A stretch of DNA of 63,998 bases, filler included, from Folioceros fuciformis (GCA_049999805.1; 11 parts of 11 records of this genome joined end to end with filler, not necessarily neighbours in it), one strand, 5' to 3'; shown: positions 1 through 12,409, counted from the whole stretch's first letter. Notes: generated by a model not told the origin, from the letters alone. Translations and numbers: made by a program.

Positions 1-188
1 CCCACTCTTATAACCAAACCAACTATTTCCTGGTCAATTAATCTAATTAGCACAAAGAAAAATAGGAAAAATGACCAGAAAATCAAGGAAAATTAGGGAA
101 AATAAGTTGAAAAAGAAAACCAAACCATACCACTATTAACCCTTTTTCAACCGAAACAAACTACTACCCCAAACGTTGGAGGTTCACA

Positions 189-3100
189 AATCCTAACTAA
201 TATTTTCCTGGCGCACAGGCTGCCGCGGGTTTCCACCACGGGTTTCTGCCTAAGGGCTTCCAAACTCACAGATCTGGTCTTATTGGATGCTCTCCACACA
301 TTCAAATGCAAATCCTTGGGAAACAAGACCCCAAGGATCGGCCACACTGCCTCACACAAACATGCAAAACAAGACTCTTCATACTCTTCACACATGCAAA
401 ACACACAAGAGCTTTAGTTCACACTTGTTTCTCACAGGCTTGATTCCAAATGTTTCCTATCTTGCAGCAATGTCCACAAATCTCCAGCAATCCCTCAGAA
501 ATCCTCCACAATCTTCCTCAATCTCCAACAATCTTCCTTAATCTCTTAGCAATCCTCTTCAGTTAGTTGCAGTTGGTTCTTCTCCTTCACTCTCAATCTC
601 TTGCCTCTCACCTCGCATCACATTCAGTGATCAAGCACATTTCTCCTCTCTTGCATCGCGTTCAGTGCTTGGCCACCCTTCTCTTCTTTTCTCAGCTCAC
701 TCACACATCCTCTTCTCACACCTCTTCAATCTTCCTCTTCACACACACTTCCACACTCATAATTTTGGAACACAGCCAGCAGTTCAAGGAATAAGGGAAG
801 GGGAAGCTTCCGAACGTCAGTCCCAATTTCGGGCTCGCCTCCTTGTTGCTGGTCGTCGGCCGGGGCCGTCTGCCGAGACCTAGCTAGGTGACCATGCCCC
901 CCCTAGGTCCGGTCTGCTCAGCTCGCCTGCCTTCGTCCTAATATGCTCCTGTAGTTCGGCCTAGCTTCTAAATCATCTGACCCCAGCCGCCTACCATCCC
1001 GGCCCCTCCTAGCTGTTTTTGGGCCAAGCGATCGACTACCTAAGGCAGCCAACCAGGCCACTGTGCTCATCCGAGACCAGCCACGCCGCCTAGCATCTCG
1101 CTATGAACCTACCCTGGCCAGTTCCTACTAGCCAGACGGCATGCCTGCTCCCCTAGCTGCCGGGCCGCCTCAGCCAGCAGATCCGCACCCTGATCGGCCC
1201 CTGACCGCCTTGCTGCTGCTCAGCAGCTGGTCGCTGCTAAGCCGGCCCCCCTGCTACTCGCCTTGCTGATCCAACCAGACACCCGCCTGCCATGCTGATG
1301 GGCCAGGCTGCCTGCCTGCTAGCTGCCTAGCGGGATCTGCTTGCCAGCCTTTGCCCTACAGCCAGCTGGCCTGCTAGGCTCAATTGGGACCCGAGCTTGG
1401 ATCCTACCGTGGCCTGCTAGACCTGCGGATCCAACGCCGCTTGCCTGGCTTGAATCCGGTGCCGCCGCCTGCCTCTAGCCACTGCCAACACGGCTAGCCG
1501 ACTAGCCGGGCCATCGGCCTGGCTCCCGAATCGGACAGCCAACTCGCTGCGTCCCGATCTGCCCCTACAGTCGGCAGGCGACTGCCTAGCTAGCGCTCCA
1601 CCTGCCAGCCAGCACGGAGTGTAACAGCCCGAGGCCCACCTGCCCATTATGATTTCCACCCCTACCAGTCTGCTTGTCTGTTGGTGGCACCGATCCACTA
1701 GCCCCCCCCGGCTAGCCCATCTACCAAACTCGGATCGGCCTGCAGCTCACCCGCACCCCCTGCAATGGCCCCAACTAGCCAATTAGCCAAAAGGCCCGCC
1801 TGGCTCCAGCCGTGGCTAGCCGTTTCACCATCCACCAACCTCCCTAGCTCACTCCTGGCCAGATCCGATGCCCACTCGGCCTGGTTCCGACCCCGAGCTG
1901 CTACAGCCAACCCGATTGATCGCTTCACGAGAGCCCGGGCTGCCTGACTAGCTTTCAGGACTCGACCCCACCCGCCAACGCCTTCCCCTCGACTCCGACC
2001 AACCCAGCTGCCCAACTCGGCTCCAGCCCGCGCTCCAGCAGCCCGCCTGCCCGTCTAAACCACACCGAGCTGGATCAGCCCGCGTCCTATTGCTGCCTGG
2101 CCGCGCCCGGATGTTGTCACCCCCACTGGCTGATCCACCCCAGCCTCGTGTCCTGACCTGCCTCCAGCCACCGATCTATCCAGCCTGCATGGTCTACCCC
2201 AGCCAGGCACGTGTGTCCCTGATCCGGCCTGCCCTATTCACGTGCAGCAGCTTGGCTTGCTTTAGATCGGCCAGCCAGGCCGGTGGATCCAGCGCCGCCA
2301 CTGCCTGGTGGCTTCTCGCCATGGTCCAGCTCTTTCCCCCATGGCGAGCATAGAAAACATGCTGCAGCTTTTCGCAAGAACCATGAAACCGACTGCACCA
2401 CAGGCAGCCCCGCACCTTCCACCGACCCACGCTAGCTGCCCATTCCTGGCCTACACTGGCCTGGATCGGCCACCAACGGCCAACTCCAAAGTCGCCATGG
2501 CCCGACCTGGTTGGCCCCTCCACAGCAGCCGCCGATCTGGCACCTGCTGTGGTCGGGTCTACCTTCTGCCACAGCCGCCACTGCCCGGTCTCGCCCTCGG
2601 CCCGGATCTGCTCGTCTCCTAGATCCTCCCCCGTCAAGGAGCTCCCCCGGGCTGTTGCCATTGCCGCCATCTACCTAAACTAGCCAGCCACTCCAATCAG
2701 CCGGCCTGCCTGCCGGCTGGCTACCCCTCGAGCTCCCAGACTACCTAGCTCCGGTCGTGAATAACCCCAGCCAGCTCGACCCTCGGCTTGGCTCAGGTCC
2801 ATCCTGGCCAGCTTGGATGCGCCGCCACCACCCGCCTTGCCAGCCACCCATGTGTACCAAGGCCACACACCAACCTTGTTGGCTTCCGGGTCTAGCACCC
2901 TGCTCGACTGCTATGTCTGGATCCGAACGGGACTGCTCACGCCTTGCCTGGCCACCTAACCCGCCCACTACTTCAGTAACAGCCCTAGAGGCCTGCAACC
3001 CCGCGGCCATCTTCGGCCAGGCCCCCTTAGATCCAGCCAACCCCTCGGCCCCGCTCGGTTGCTCGACACGCCTTACTCCTGGGTCTCCATCGGTCGGCCC

Positions 3101-4046
3101 CCTTTGGCTTCGCTGCCCTCCAGACTCGGACTGACCCGCCTCGCAGCGTTGCCTAGCCCAGCTGCATGGCCGCTTGCGCTGGTCTCGAGTCTGCCTTCAC
3201 CTGGCTGGCCTGCTGCATGGCCCAATCGAGTCCCATCCATCCTGGTCCAGCGCCGTCCTCCTCCTGAAACCGACCGCTTCGGCCTGACACGCCACGTCTG
3301 CCAGCCCTCACCGCTTGGATCCACCAAGGTTCGCCTAGCCCAAATCCGACACCACCTCTGCTTCCTGCCTGACTGGACTGGGCTAGGTTGCGGCCTAAGC
3401 TTCCCAACAGCTGCCAACCTGGCTGCCTGCTCCCAGGTCCTCGGCCCCAGGCACCTCGATCTCCATCTTTCGCTTCTCCCAACAAGAGCTAGAGGACCCC
3501 CGGCTCGCCTTCCACGACCCGTCCTAGGGTTTCCTATTCCTCCGTTACCTTACCCTGAGGAACCAGACCCCATGTCCTATCTACCACACAACCTACCTAC
3601 CCTATCGACTCACCATAAATCTAGCTACTATTCTAACCTAATCTCCCAACCTTTTCTCTACAGCACTCACTCACAGATCCAAAAAAAAAAAACCTATTAT
3701 TTCCTAGGGGTCTGTTCAGCATGTGGAGTCCACACATCAGCCTTACAATATCCATGCTATTCCCATCATTCCGGAGTGCCCTCCTACCCTCCTCCAGGAA
3801 TCTAGCCATGGTGTAGAGGAAAAAAACTTTCAGGACTCCCATTTTGAAGGACAGGATGCACAGGTTGTGATTTGTTTTGTGAGAATGCGAGTGAATCGGC
3901 TTAGCTTGTGAATAAGACTTGGGTAGTTATACCCAAAGTCTCCTTGGCCTTTGATGTCGTGGCTGGACTGAGTGACAGGACCAAGGAGTAGTGTGATCGA
4001 GAGTGTCCTTGGCCTTTGGGGTTCGGGGGTTACCAAGGGGTCTATA
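189..4046 (-). mobile_element. Putative long LTR (at least 3.8 kb) of a Ty3/gypsy (Tat/Ogre-like) element
   Basis: On the minus strand, AAGGGGGGG (4053-4061) is followed after 6 nt by TATAGACCCC, which resembles a mutated TGTAGACCCC LTR start. The region continues as GC-rich non-coding sequence and then GA/GT-rich R/U5-like sequence. No second LTR or pol is present to confirm it. Confidence 0.4.
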
Positions 4047-4052
4047 TATGCA

Positions 4053-4061
4053 CCCCCCCTT
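4053..4061 (-). promoter_or_regulatory. Putative polypurine tract
   Basis: Plus-strand CCCCCCCTT reads AAGGGGGGG on the minus strand, next to the inferred LTR start. Confidence 0.4.
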
Positions 4062-4091
4062 GAAAATAAGAAAATAAGAAAGGGGCATGGA

Positions 4092-4220
4092 CTTAGGTAG
4101 TTGTGGACTAAGACAAAAAATCGGGCTGTTGTGACTTGGTAACGGTAGTGGAAGTTGGACCACCGTCATGGAAGGGGAACGGGTGGTAGTGGAATGGGAA
4201 CGGCTAGTATAAAACCCTAG
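4092..4220 (+). promoter_or_regulatory. Conserved upstream region with TATAAAA box (4208-4214) for the large unassigned ORF
   Basis: CTTAGGTAGTTGTGGACT...GTTGTGACT...GTAGTGGAA...AGTATAAAACC is conserved in reverse orientation at about 62637-62758, upstream of copy 3. Confidence 0.5.
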
Positions 4221-4419
4221 GGAAGTCAGAGCGACTTACTCGGTATTCAAAGCAGGAGTGTGACCACGAGTTGGGTGTAGGAGCAGCAGTAGCAGAGGAG
4301 CGCAACCTCGGCTAGGAGTAGAGCAGGCGCAGCTGCAGCGGAGTGGTGTGGAAGGAGAACGACGAACGATTAGCAGGCGTAGGACAGCAGCGACGATCGG
4401 AAGTAGGTGATCAAGCAGA

Positions 4420-6858
4420 ATGAGGGCCATCCCGGAGCTACTGCCAGGAGTAACGGCGATTGAAGAGGAGGAAGGACCTCTTGTCCCGAGGATCAATGCG
4501 GTCCTGTGGCCAAACATGGAGCATTGGAGGGTCAGAGCCGGAGGGCTGGCCGAAGAGCTAGGCCTTGGGCTCATGACCCAGAGGTGGAATCACGCAGCGC
4601 CGCGACTGGTCAGGGAGTGCGCCCTGAGATTGAGGGTGCTAGTCCGCGAGGAAGGAATAAGAGGTAGACCCTAGGACTGGAACCTGGAGCTAATCAGATG
4701 GGTGTATGGGCATGACCAGGGGAAAGAAGGAGGACTCGTGCTGGAGTCCCTGAAGAAGCATAGCACCTTAGCAACCGTCGAGGCGCTGTTTAAGTCTGGC
4801 ACCAGACGGGAGACCAACGGGTGGCTGATCCATGACATGGCCAATCCCCAGCTGATGGGTCTGGCCAGATGGTTTTTGAGCTTCCTCGAGATTCGCAAGC
4901 AGGACTACTTGTCGGACCAAATGCTCCTGTTCGTGCACGAGGTCGTCAAGGGCAGTAAGGTGGACTGGGGAAAAATTTTGTATGCAAGGATGGACAAGGA
5001 GAGGCAAAATTTGGCCCTGCCTTCTCCTCGACCTTTGATGATCTTCCCATTCCTTGTGCACATTTATTGCTATGTTAACCTTCTGCCTGAGCTTGAGGTA
5101 GTTGCCTCCTTGCACATGTGGAGGCCGCTGAGGGACGTTAAGTGGAAACCCGCCGAGCCAGAGGAAGCCGACTCCAGCAGCTAGGAGTCGGGGGGTGCAG
5201 ATAGCTCCAAAGAGGAGACTCCCACCAAATAGAAGAGGAAGGCAGGGATAGGGAAGCGGACTCCTGCCAAAAGAAGACGGACCAGCGGATAGATTACCAG
5301 GGTCAGCGCTACGGGAGGCAACCCCGGAACAGGCTGAACAACAATAGGATGTTGTCCAAGAGTCTGCGGAGCAGGGACATGACAAGGAAGAGCTCGAGGC
5401 ACCTCAGGAGCAGGTGCCAAAAATGGAGGTGGCCCCGCCTGAGGTGATGAGCGAATTAGGGCACGCTCCGAAACAGGAACCCTTCCTAGGATGGAAAGAA
5501 GTTTTTAGAAGAATTCCTCTGGTGGATAGGCTGCAGGCAGCGGACCTGGAGAAGTTGCGGGAGTTGCTGGGGAGGCAGATCACGAACAGGGGAATGGCCC
5601 CTATACAGTCGTAGGAGGTGGATTTGCCGGGACTGACCATAGCAATGGTGCAGGCCCAAGCAGATTTGCTGGATCAGGCGGCCAAGGCGCTGACCTGGTT
5701 GAGCATGCAAGTGAAGAGGGAGGCTGAGGCCCGGAGCAAGGAGGCCGAAGCCTGGAGGTAGCTGGCGGAGTTCGAGACGGCACGGCGACTCCTGGAAGAG
5801 AGGCAGCAGGCCCTGAGTGAGGGCAAGGCACAAGTGGAGGAAGAAGCGCGCTAAGCGAGGGCAGAAATACAAGCACTGAAGGAGCAACAAGGGACACTCC
5901 TAGCTCAGGTGAGGGAAGGCCATGAAACTAATCTGGAGATGCAACAGGAGGTGGCTAGGGCTCAAGAGCAGGAAATGGCTGTAGTGGAACAAAGTCCCGA
6001 AGCTGGCCGATAGGTACAAGCGAGAGCGGGATGAGGCTAGAGAGCGGGTGAAGAGGAAGGGCAAAACTGGGCGAGGTAGTCGAACGGTCACGCCGATAGC
6101 CGAAGGGGCTACCGGTAGTCGAGCGGCAACGGAGGTAGCCGAGGAAACTACCGGTAGAAGAGAGACAACGCCGGTAGTGGAAGCCCCGACCCTGGTAGTC
6201 GAAGAGGTGGTAGCGGAGGTGCCTATGCCCAGACGCACCAGAAGAGCGACTCGTGCCACGAGGACTGAGTAGGGGGAAGCAGCAGCTGGGGGAATGGAGG
6301 ATCCTTCAGTGCCCCAGGAGAGCAGAGGGCAAGCAGCCCGAGGTAGCCCAAGGGAGGAAGGGGTAAGCACCTCCTTCGCGACGGAGGGTCGAGTTGTGCT
6401 GCAGTATGAGGAGGAGGCCACTTATGTGTCGGGCCTCTATGTGGAAGGAGCCCGAGTTCTGAAGTTGTTTTTATGTGTGCGTGTGGGCACAGGAGGGACG
6501 CGGGGCTAAGGCCTGCAATTGAGGACCCACAGGGGGCTATACTACTACCTCTGGCGGGTGTGGGAACTGCCTCACTGCTATTCTGAGGCAGTCCTGGAGG
6601 AACTGATGGATGAGGACGCGCAGCAGTGGGTTTAGCGGGAACCCGTCCTCGTCCTTAGCAATCGGCAACGAAGGGATGAGAGGAGTCCCCTGCGATGGGA
6701 CCCACCTGCGCCGCCGCCAGTGAGGCAGTGGCGAGGTGGAGGTCCTCTGGGAGGACTTGCCCGACCAACGGCGGGGTTGAAGGGCCAGAGGCGGGCCAAT
6801 AAGGGGAGGAGCGTGACGGCCAGGAGGAAGGTGACGGCGGCGAGGAGAGAGGCCATAG
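4420..6858 (+). pseudogene. Retroelement-associated extra ORF, copy 1 (helical N-domain, coiled coil, unassigned C-domain), disrupted
   Basis: ORF pieces 4420-4674, 4702-5184, 5414-5614, 6048-6272 and 6294-6509 are collinear and homologous to the pieces at 57519-59096 and 60369-62437. They are broken by TAG stops and frameshifts. Confidence 0.7.
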
Positions 6859-8300
6859 TAAATGCGATCTAGGCTAGTTTTTTTTAGATTGCTTTTGCTT
6901 GGACCTGAGCTGCGCACAATTAAGAGCGCTGATTGACCCCCTGACCAGACTTTAAGGCGGACGAACCCGCCACTAGCATGTACAAGAGGCCAGTTTGGTG
7001 CCTCAGAAAATCAGCGAGAAACAAGCCCGACATTCCGACCTTGCTGGAGCCTAGTGATGGCCGCTACTGGACAAGGAGGTCCAGGCAAGCAAGCGCACGT
7101 AGTGTCCTGAGGGTGCGGGGTGCTGGTTGTGGATGCTCCGCGACTAAGGGTTCGGGAACAAATCGGGAGGAGGAGCCTTGCTGAGTGGAAGCCGCGCTTC
7201 CCAGCTATTCCCGAAACTGTCGTGTAAGGTGGTGGAGGCCATAGGGACCAAATCCGCCAATCCGAAGTGGAAGGAGTAACCCCTTCCTCTAGTCCCTAAC
7301 GTTTCACTGTCTGCTTAAACCACGAGTGAGAGGAGAAGGAGAGGGCCCAGGCGGGGCGAGTTGGAGGAAGAAAACTAAGAGAGAATGAGCTGATTGAGAA
7401 TCGAGTTGGGAAGAGATTCAGAGAGGCGGTTGTGAGTGTGGAGAAGGAAGAGAGTTGAAGTGCGTGTAAGGTGTGAGCGTAGACCTGAGTGGTTGATGTT
7501 GTAGGAATTGAGTGTGAACGAGAGGTCGTGAATGTAGGCGTCGGAAGAGGGCCTGAAGTGCTAATGAACCGGAGTGACTGGTGGGTCGGTGTGGCTGCGT
7601 GTCGCGGAGGTGAGACAGAGGGCTGAGGGAGTGAATGAATGTGGCTGGGACTGAGATGGAGTGGAGTGAAATGTAAGAGAATGGGGTGTGGAGTAGCTTG
7701 GTCCGAATGTCCCTGAAGAAGGTGTGAGAGTGCGAGTAGATTTGGGGGTCTGGACTGAGGTGGCTGGGTGCCATCGATGTGAATCGTTAGAGAACGGGGG
7801 CTAAGCGGTGTGCTGTGTGAGGGCGCCGTGGCATCGATGGAACCAAGGTCACTGAATGCGAGTGGTGGGAGTAAGTGTGATCAATGAGTGAGTGACCCGA
7901 ACGCAATCCCGAAGAGAGATAAATCCTGACGCGGGTTTAACCAGGGCGTTGCGGCGTAGCTAAGTGCGAGTACTTGGTGGTGATCGTGTAAAGTGGTACT
8001 TGTGTGTGTGTGCGTGGGTCTGTGACTGAGGGACCGAGGGTGCGCGGAGGTGAAAGACACCACAGCGATAATCAGAAGTTGGGTGAAATCAGGAGAGGTA
8101 AGATACTAAGAGCTAGAGAGAGAAATAGGAGAGAGAGGGAGTGGGCCCCTCTGAGGTAGCCGAAACCGCGACTGTCGTAGAGAGACAACGGGGGTAGTCG
8201 AGAGTGGAGGTAGTCAGAGGGCCTTCGGGGTAGCCGAAAGTCGGTAGTTGAAAAGACTCCCCGGTGGCCGAGTAAGTCTAACAGGTAGCCAGGGTCGGGG

Positions 8301-8416
8301 TAGCTAAGTTGGGATGGAGGTAGCTGAGTTGCGATGGAGGTAGCTGAGTTGCGATGGAGNNNNNNNNNNGGAGGTAGCTGAGTTGCGATGGAGGTAGCTG
8401 AGTTGCGATGGAGGTA
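8301..8416. repeat. 20-bp tandem repeat TAGCTGAGTTGCGATGGAGG
   Basis: About 5 adjacent units flanking a 10-N gap. Confidence 0.85.
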
Positions 8417-8629
8417 ACCGAATCGCGATGAAGGTAGAGGTAGTTAAATCGCGGTAGGTAAATAGAGACTGACCTTGGGTATTAATTACCATTGTAAGGA
8501 AACCTCTGTTATTTGACAGAAATCATTTCCTTAGAATCATATCACAATGCTATAACAACAAAAGAGAGTTTATGTGGACTTCGCAACACCCCGGGTGCAA
8601 TATTTTCCCCCACACATAGCCTCTTGCGT

Positions 8630-10445
8630 GTTTGCCCCACGTTCAGAAGTTTTCCAATGTTGGAATACCTATTCAACAAGTGATCACCATTTAGCTATGC
8701 AGCTATTTGTACCAACTCTTCTTGGAACTTTGTTAGTTTGTCAAGCTCATTTGGTGGTGAATGCCTTGGTGCCCAAGGTGGGCCTGGTAGAGTAGCTGCA
8801 CAGCACAACCAAGAGCCAGATTAGAACTAGTAACCTCGTTCATCCCGTTCATCCCACTCACGGGGCACAACCAAATACTAGGTGAGTGCCAACTTCGTTC
8901 AGACCATGTGAACTATGAAGGTCATGCCACAAACCTGGACAGTTGATCCTCGCCATTCTACGAAAGATATTTTCAAAAGTCCCAGCCCATGCATCCCTGT
9001 CTATCAGGAATGGACTTGAGGAGAGCTCAAACTTGGAAGTCAGGAAGGGCCCAATGGGATCATGCACAACTCCAGAACAGGAATGTGACCACAGTCAAAT
9101 GTCATGGGCTAGTGCAAGGAGTGTGCACCCAGAGCATACTGAAAACAGCCAAAAACAAACAGGGAAGTGAAGAATACCTGTTCCCTTGTCAATCCAAGGG
9201 GAAACCATAATTGTCGGTACACGTACACCCAATCGATCAAATTTGAAACAGAAAGGTTCGGGCCCAAAAAGGTTCGGGCCCAATTCGACGTTGGGGACAT
9301 CCTCAGTAGTCGTGGGGACATGGTCGAAGAATCCACCATGCTCATCATAAGTTATCAGAAACACCATCTCCTTCCACTGAGGGCTGCTCCTTAGGATCTC
9401 GTACACTTCCTTAATGAAGGATTGTTCCCCGGAAACATCATGAGAAGGATGGTCATCATTTCTCCTTCCACTGAGGGCTGCTCCTTAGGAACTCGTACAC
9501 TTCCTTAATGAAGGATTGTCCCTCGGAAACATCATGAGAAGGATTGTCATCATTTGCAGGCAATAAGTTGGTATCAAAGTAGCCTTGCTCTCTGACAACA
9601 TAGTTCGGAAGCAAGCCTAGCTTTGCATGCAACTTGAAGGTGAGAGAGTAGGCATGAAATTTAGTGATGTACTTCAATTGCCGGAGTTCCTTGAAGAAGA
9701 GCGTAGCCGGGATATTTTGATAGTAAATGCCGAAAGAGAGACCAGCATCATCAATAACCTCCATGATGGGCTTTTGCGGAAATCCATCCATCAAATCTTG
9801 CCTGTTGTTGCTCATAGCCCCATGAGACGTGGCAGAGTGAATGTAAAACCGATTAGGCTGAGTAGACGCTGGAACTGAAGCATACCATCTGCACAGGAAA
9901 ACGGCTCAGCTGACAGAGGTGCGCTGAGCAGGTCACACCAGAAGCCACAAAAGCAAACAACAACCACAACCCCTGCCAGCGAGAGTGCCTTACTTGTCAA
10001 ACACAGCATACTCCATTGCCAATGCCGTGTGAATAGGCACCACTTCGGGCCTAAACCCACTCATGACCTTTCTCGAAAAGCCTTCCTACATGCTCTCCGC
10101 CTGCTACGCAAACCCTTTCATCGGAGGAGGCTTGGCCGCAGTGTCCTCCGAGCCAAAGATTTGCTCCCGCATAGCTTGAAACGAATGACCAGGGTTGGGA
10201 TCCACGAATTCCAACGAGTCTGCAAAGAAAATTCGGGGCGAGTCGGGATCTGTGACATTCAAGTAGTTCCATTCCTCCCCCGTCACTCCGTCAATTTCCG
10301 GATTCAACCGCTTCAACCATCCCAGCATATGATCGAAGGACCGATTGACCTGTACAAGAATCACCACGGTCTTGATAGGCCCGTCGATGGTGAGCTTCTT
10401 AGCCAGAGCTGGCAGCAGCAAGAGTAAAATCCTTCGGGACTTCAT
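8630..10445 (-). pseudogene. NPC: Non-specific phospholipase C (phosphoesterase family) pseudogene, intron-containing
   Basis: Motifs [79 protein letters not shown] and FQEELVQ-LNGDH. Intron-like segments at about 9891-9993 and 9069-9177. In-frame TAG stops near 10104 and 10086, and a ~94-bp frameshifting duplication. Confidence 0.9.
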
Positions 10446-11917
10446 CCTACTCCTACTCCAAGGCCCGGTCCTACCCTGCTGGGGGAGTGCGGGCAAGACT
10501 TATTCTTGTGCCGCTTAGGCCGTTTGTGGCGTGGTGTGAGGTGAGGGCAGAATTGGCCACACCCGCCGAAGCTCGATCCGATTCCTGCGCCGCAATGACT
10601 CCTCCCTTCCCTTCTCCTCCCGTACCCGGCACCCACCCCAAATCAAGCCCCTGGGGGCGTTCACGGAGCTCCCTCCCAGCTGCTGGTGCTCCTTTGAAGC
10701 ATCAGCCGCTTGGGCAGCCAGCCAGCTCCGCTTCCAATTCCCCCCGCCAGCACGTCGTCGTGCCGGAGCAGCCTGCTCGCGATCCGCTTCCAGTATGCGA
10801 CGGAGCGATCCAGTATGGTCTGCTGCTGCGGTCCTGCCATTGCTGCTTCCTCCCCTCTTATGCATCCCGGGCACGAAATAGACAAACCCATCCGGTGTCG
10901 CGGAGGTTGGAAGACGTGGCACGCCCGTTTCAACAGGCGAGCTAGGGTTCCATACCCTAAGACCTATTTCTAAGGCCCAACGAAATCACGCATCATGTTT
11001 GTGAAACAAGTATGCATTTTATGTTGGGAGCGGAGCTCGACATCCCTTCCTTCCGAGTCTATAGCGTCTTCTCGGCTGGCGCGTTTCCTTTCTTCCTGTT
11101 TGAGACCAATTGTTCGGGAAGGTATGCCAGTTCGTGGAAGGATAAGATGAAGAAGATTCTATTGGAGTCCAATCTAGACCAGACAAGAGCAGTCCAGTCT
11201 ATTGGAGCTGTCTCTCCCTGTTCCTGAAATTGCGGTGTGGTGGTAGTGGAGAAGGGAGAATTTCCACGGCCCGCCCCGGCCCCGTCAAGCTGTCGAATTC
11301 CAACGTCTTTCTATGATTTTTCTTGGCAGTTGCAACAGCTGGTGCGGGCACCCAGCCTAGCGCTGCGTTCTGTAAGCGGGCTGTGGGGTTGTGGCGCTCG
11401 GGAGCGCAAGGCTTGCTGGTCAGAGGCTATCCAATAGGGGCCTCTGGAGGCCACCAACGTGGTAGCTTCCTAACTGTCCGTAGCAGGCATCAATTTTTTC
11501 TCCCGCCTGAGCCGGAGTTTAGCTAGCTATTCTAAGTTGATGTAGAGAGAGATGTGCCGCACAATGCTGCATATGTATGATATGTGTGGGGTGGCTTTGG
11601 GGCTCTCCTCGCTTTTTTCTTGCGTTGGGTCAATCGTTTACGCCATTGACATGGATACCCGGCCTTGTTGCGCACCTCTGATTTTGAGGAGGAGCGGAAC
11701 AGGTGCTTTCCCACGGATGCTTTCCTGCATGTGAGGGTTTTGTTGGCGTCTCCTGCATTATGTTTCCATACCTTGTAAGCGTAGGCGGCCACAGCCTCCC
11801 ATAATAATTTTGGCAAGTCCATTGCCTTGGATCACCTTGCCCTGCCATGCTGCTCATTCGAGGGGTTGAATGGAATAATGTCATTAACATTATCCAATTT
11901 CATGAGAAGTGGCCAGC

Positions 11918-12081
11918 CCTTTTTCTAATTCGCGTAAAGCTCCAAGGTGGGCCGAGCTTTCTAATTCTCGTACAACTCCAAGAAGGGCCGAGCTTTTTGA
12001 TTCGTGATTCGCGTACAGCTCCAAGGTGGGCCGAGCTTGAGCCGAGCTTTCTAATTCGTGATTCGCGTACAGCTCCAAGGT
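11918..12081. repeat. Imperfect ~33-45-bp tandem repeat (GAGCTTTCTAATTCG..TACAGCTCCAAGGTGGGCC)
   Basis: About 4 visible units. Confidence 0.75.
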
Positions 12082-12133
12082 TGTACGAGCTTCCAACACC
12101 ATATGATCACAATGTTGGAGCATTGATGGTTTG

Positions 12134-12409
12134 ACTTCATCTACGTAGAATCAGCCGATCGGGTGGGTGCATGGGATACAATGCTTGAACATGGTTGACT
12201 TCATCTATGTAGAATCAGCCAACCGGGTGGGTGCATGGGATACAATGCTTGAACATGGAGAACCGTCTAAAACATACATGGGGCACAATGCTTGACCATG
12301 GAGGAAAGTCTAAAAAATGGGACACAATGCTTACCATGGAGAACAATCTAAAACATGGGACACAATGCTTCACCATGGAGAAAAGTCTAAAACATGGGAC
12401 ACAATGCTT
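12134..12409. repeat. Tandem repeats (~39-bp CATGGGACACAATGCTT..CATGGAG..TCTAAAA, plus a ~65-bp duplication)
   Basis: Multiple visible units running into the scaffold end. Confidence 0.8.

Noticed and set aside
840-3805. Many overlapping ORFs (up to 248 aa)
   Set aside because: Pro/Ala/Arg/Ser-biased products of GC-rich low-complexity DNA, open on both strands, with no motifs.
6860-7310. Hammerhead ribozyme, 7SL or 5S-derived RNA
   Set aside because: No correctly arranged CUGANGA/GAAA core and no convincing SRP or 5S box match by eye. Kept only as an unassigned structured-RNA candidate.
10661-10933. Short minus-strand ORF upstream of NPC
   Set aside because: No recognisable domain or splice structure, so it cannot be supported as a gene.
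11918-12409. CRISPR-like periodic repeats
   Set aside because: The units are adjacent with no unique spacers, no cas genes are present and the context is eukaryotic. These are ordinary minisatellites.
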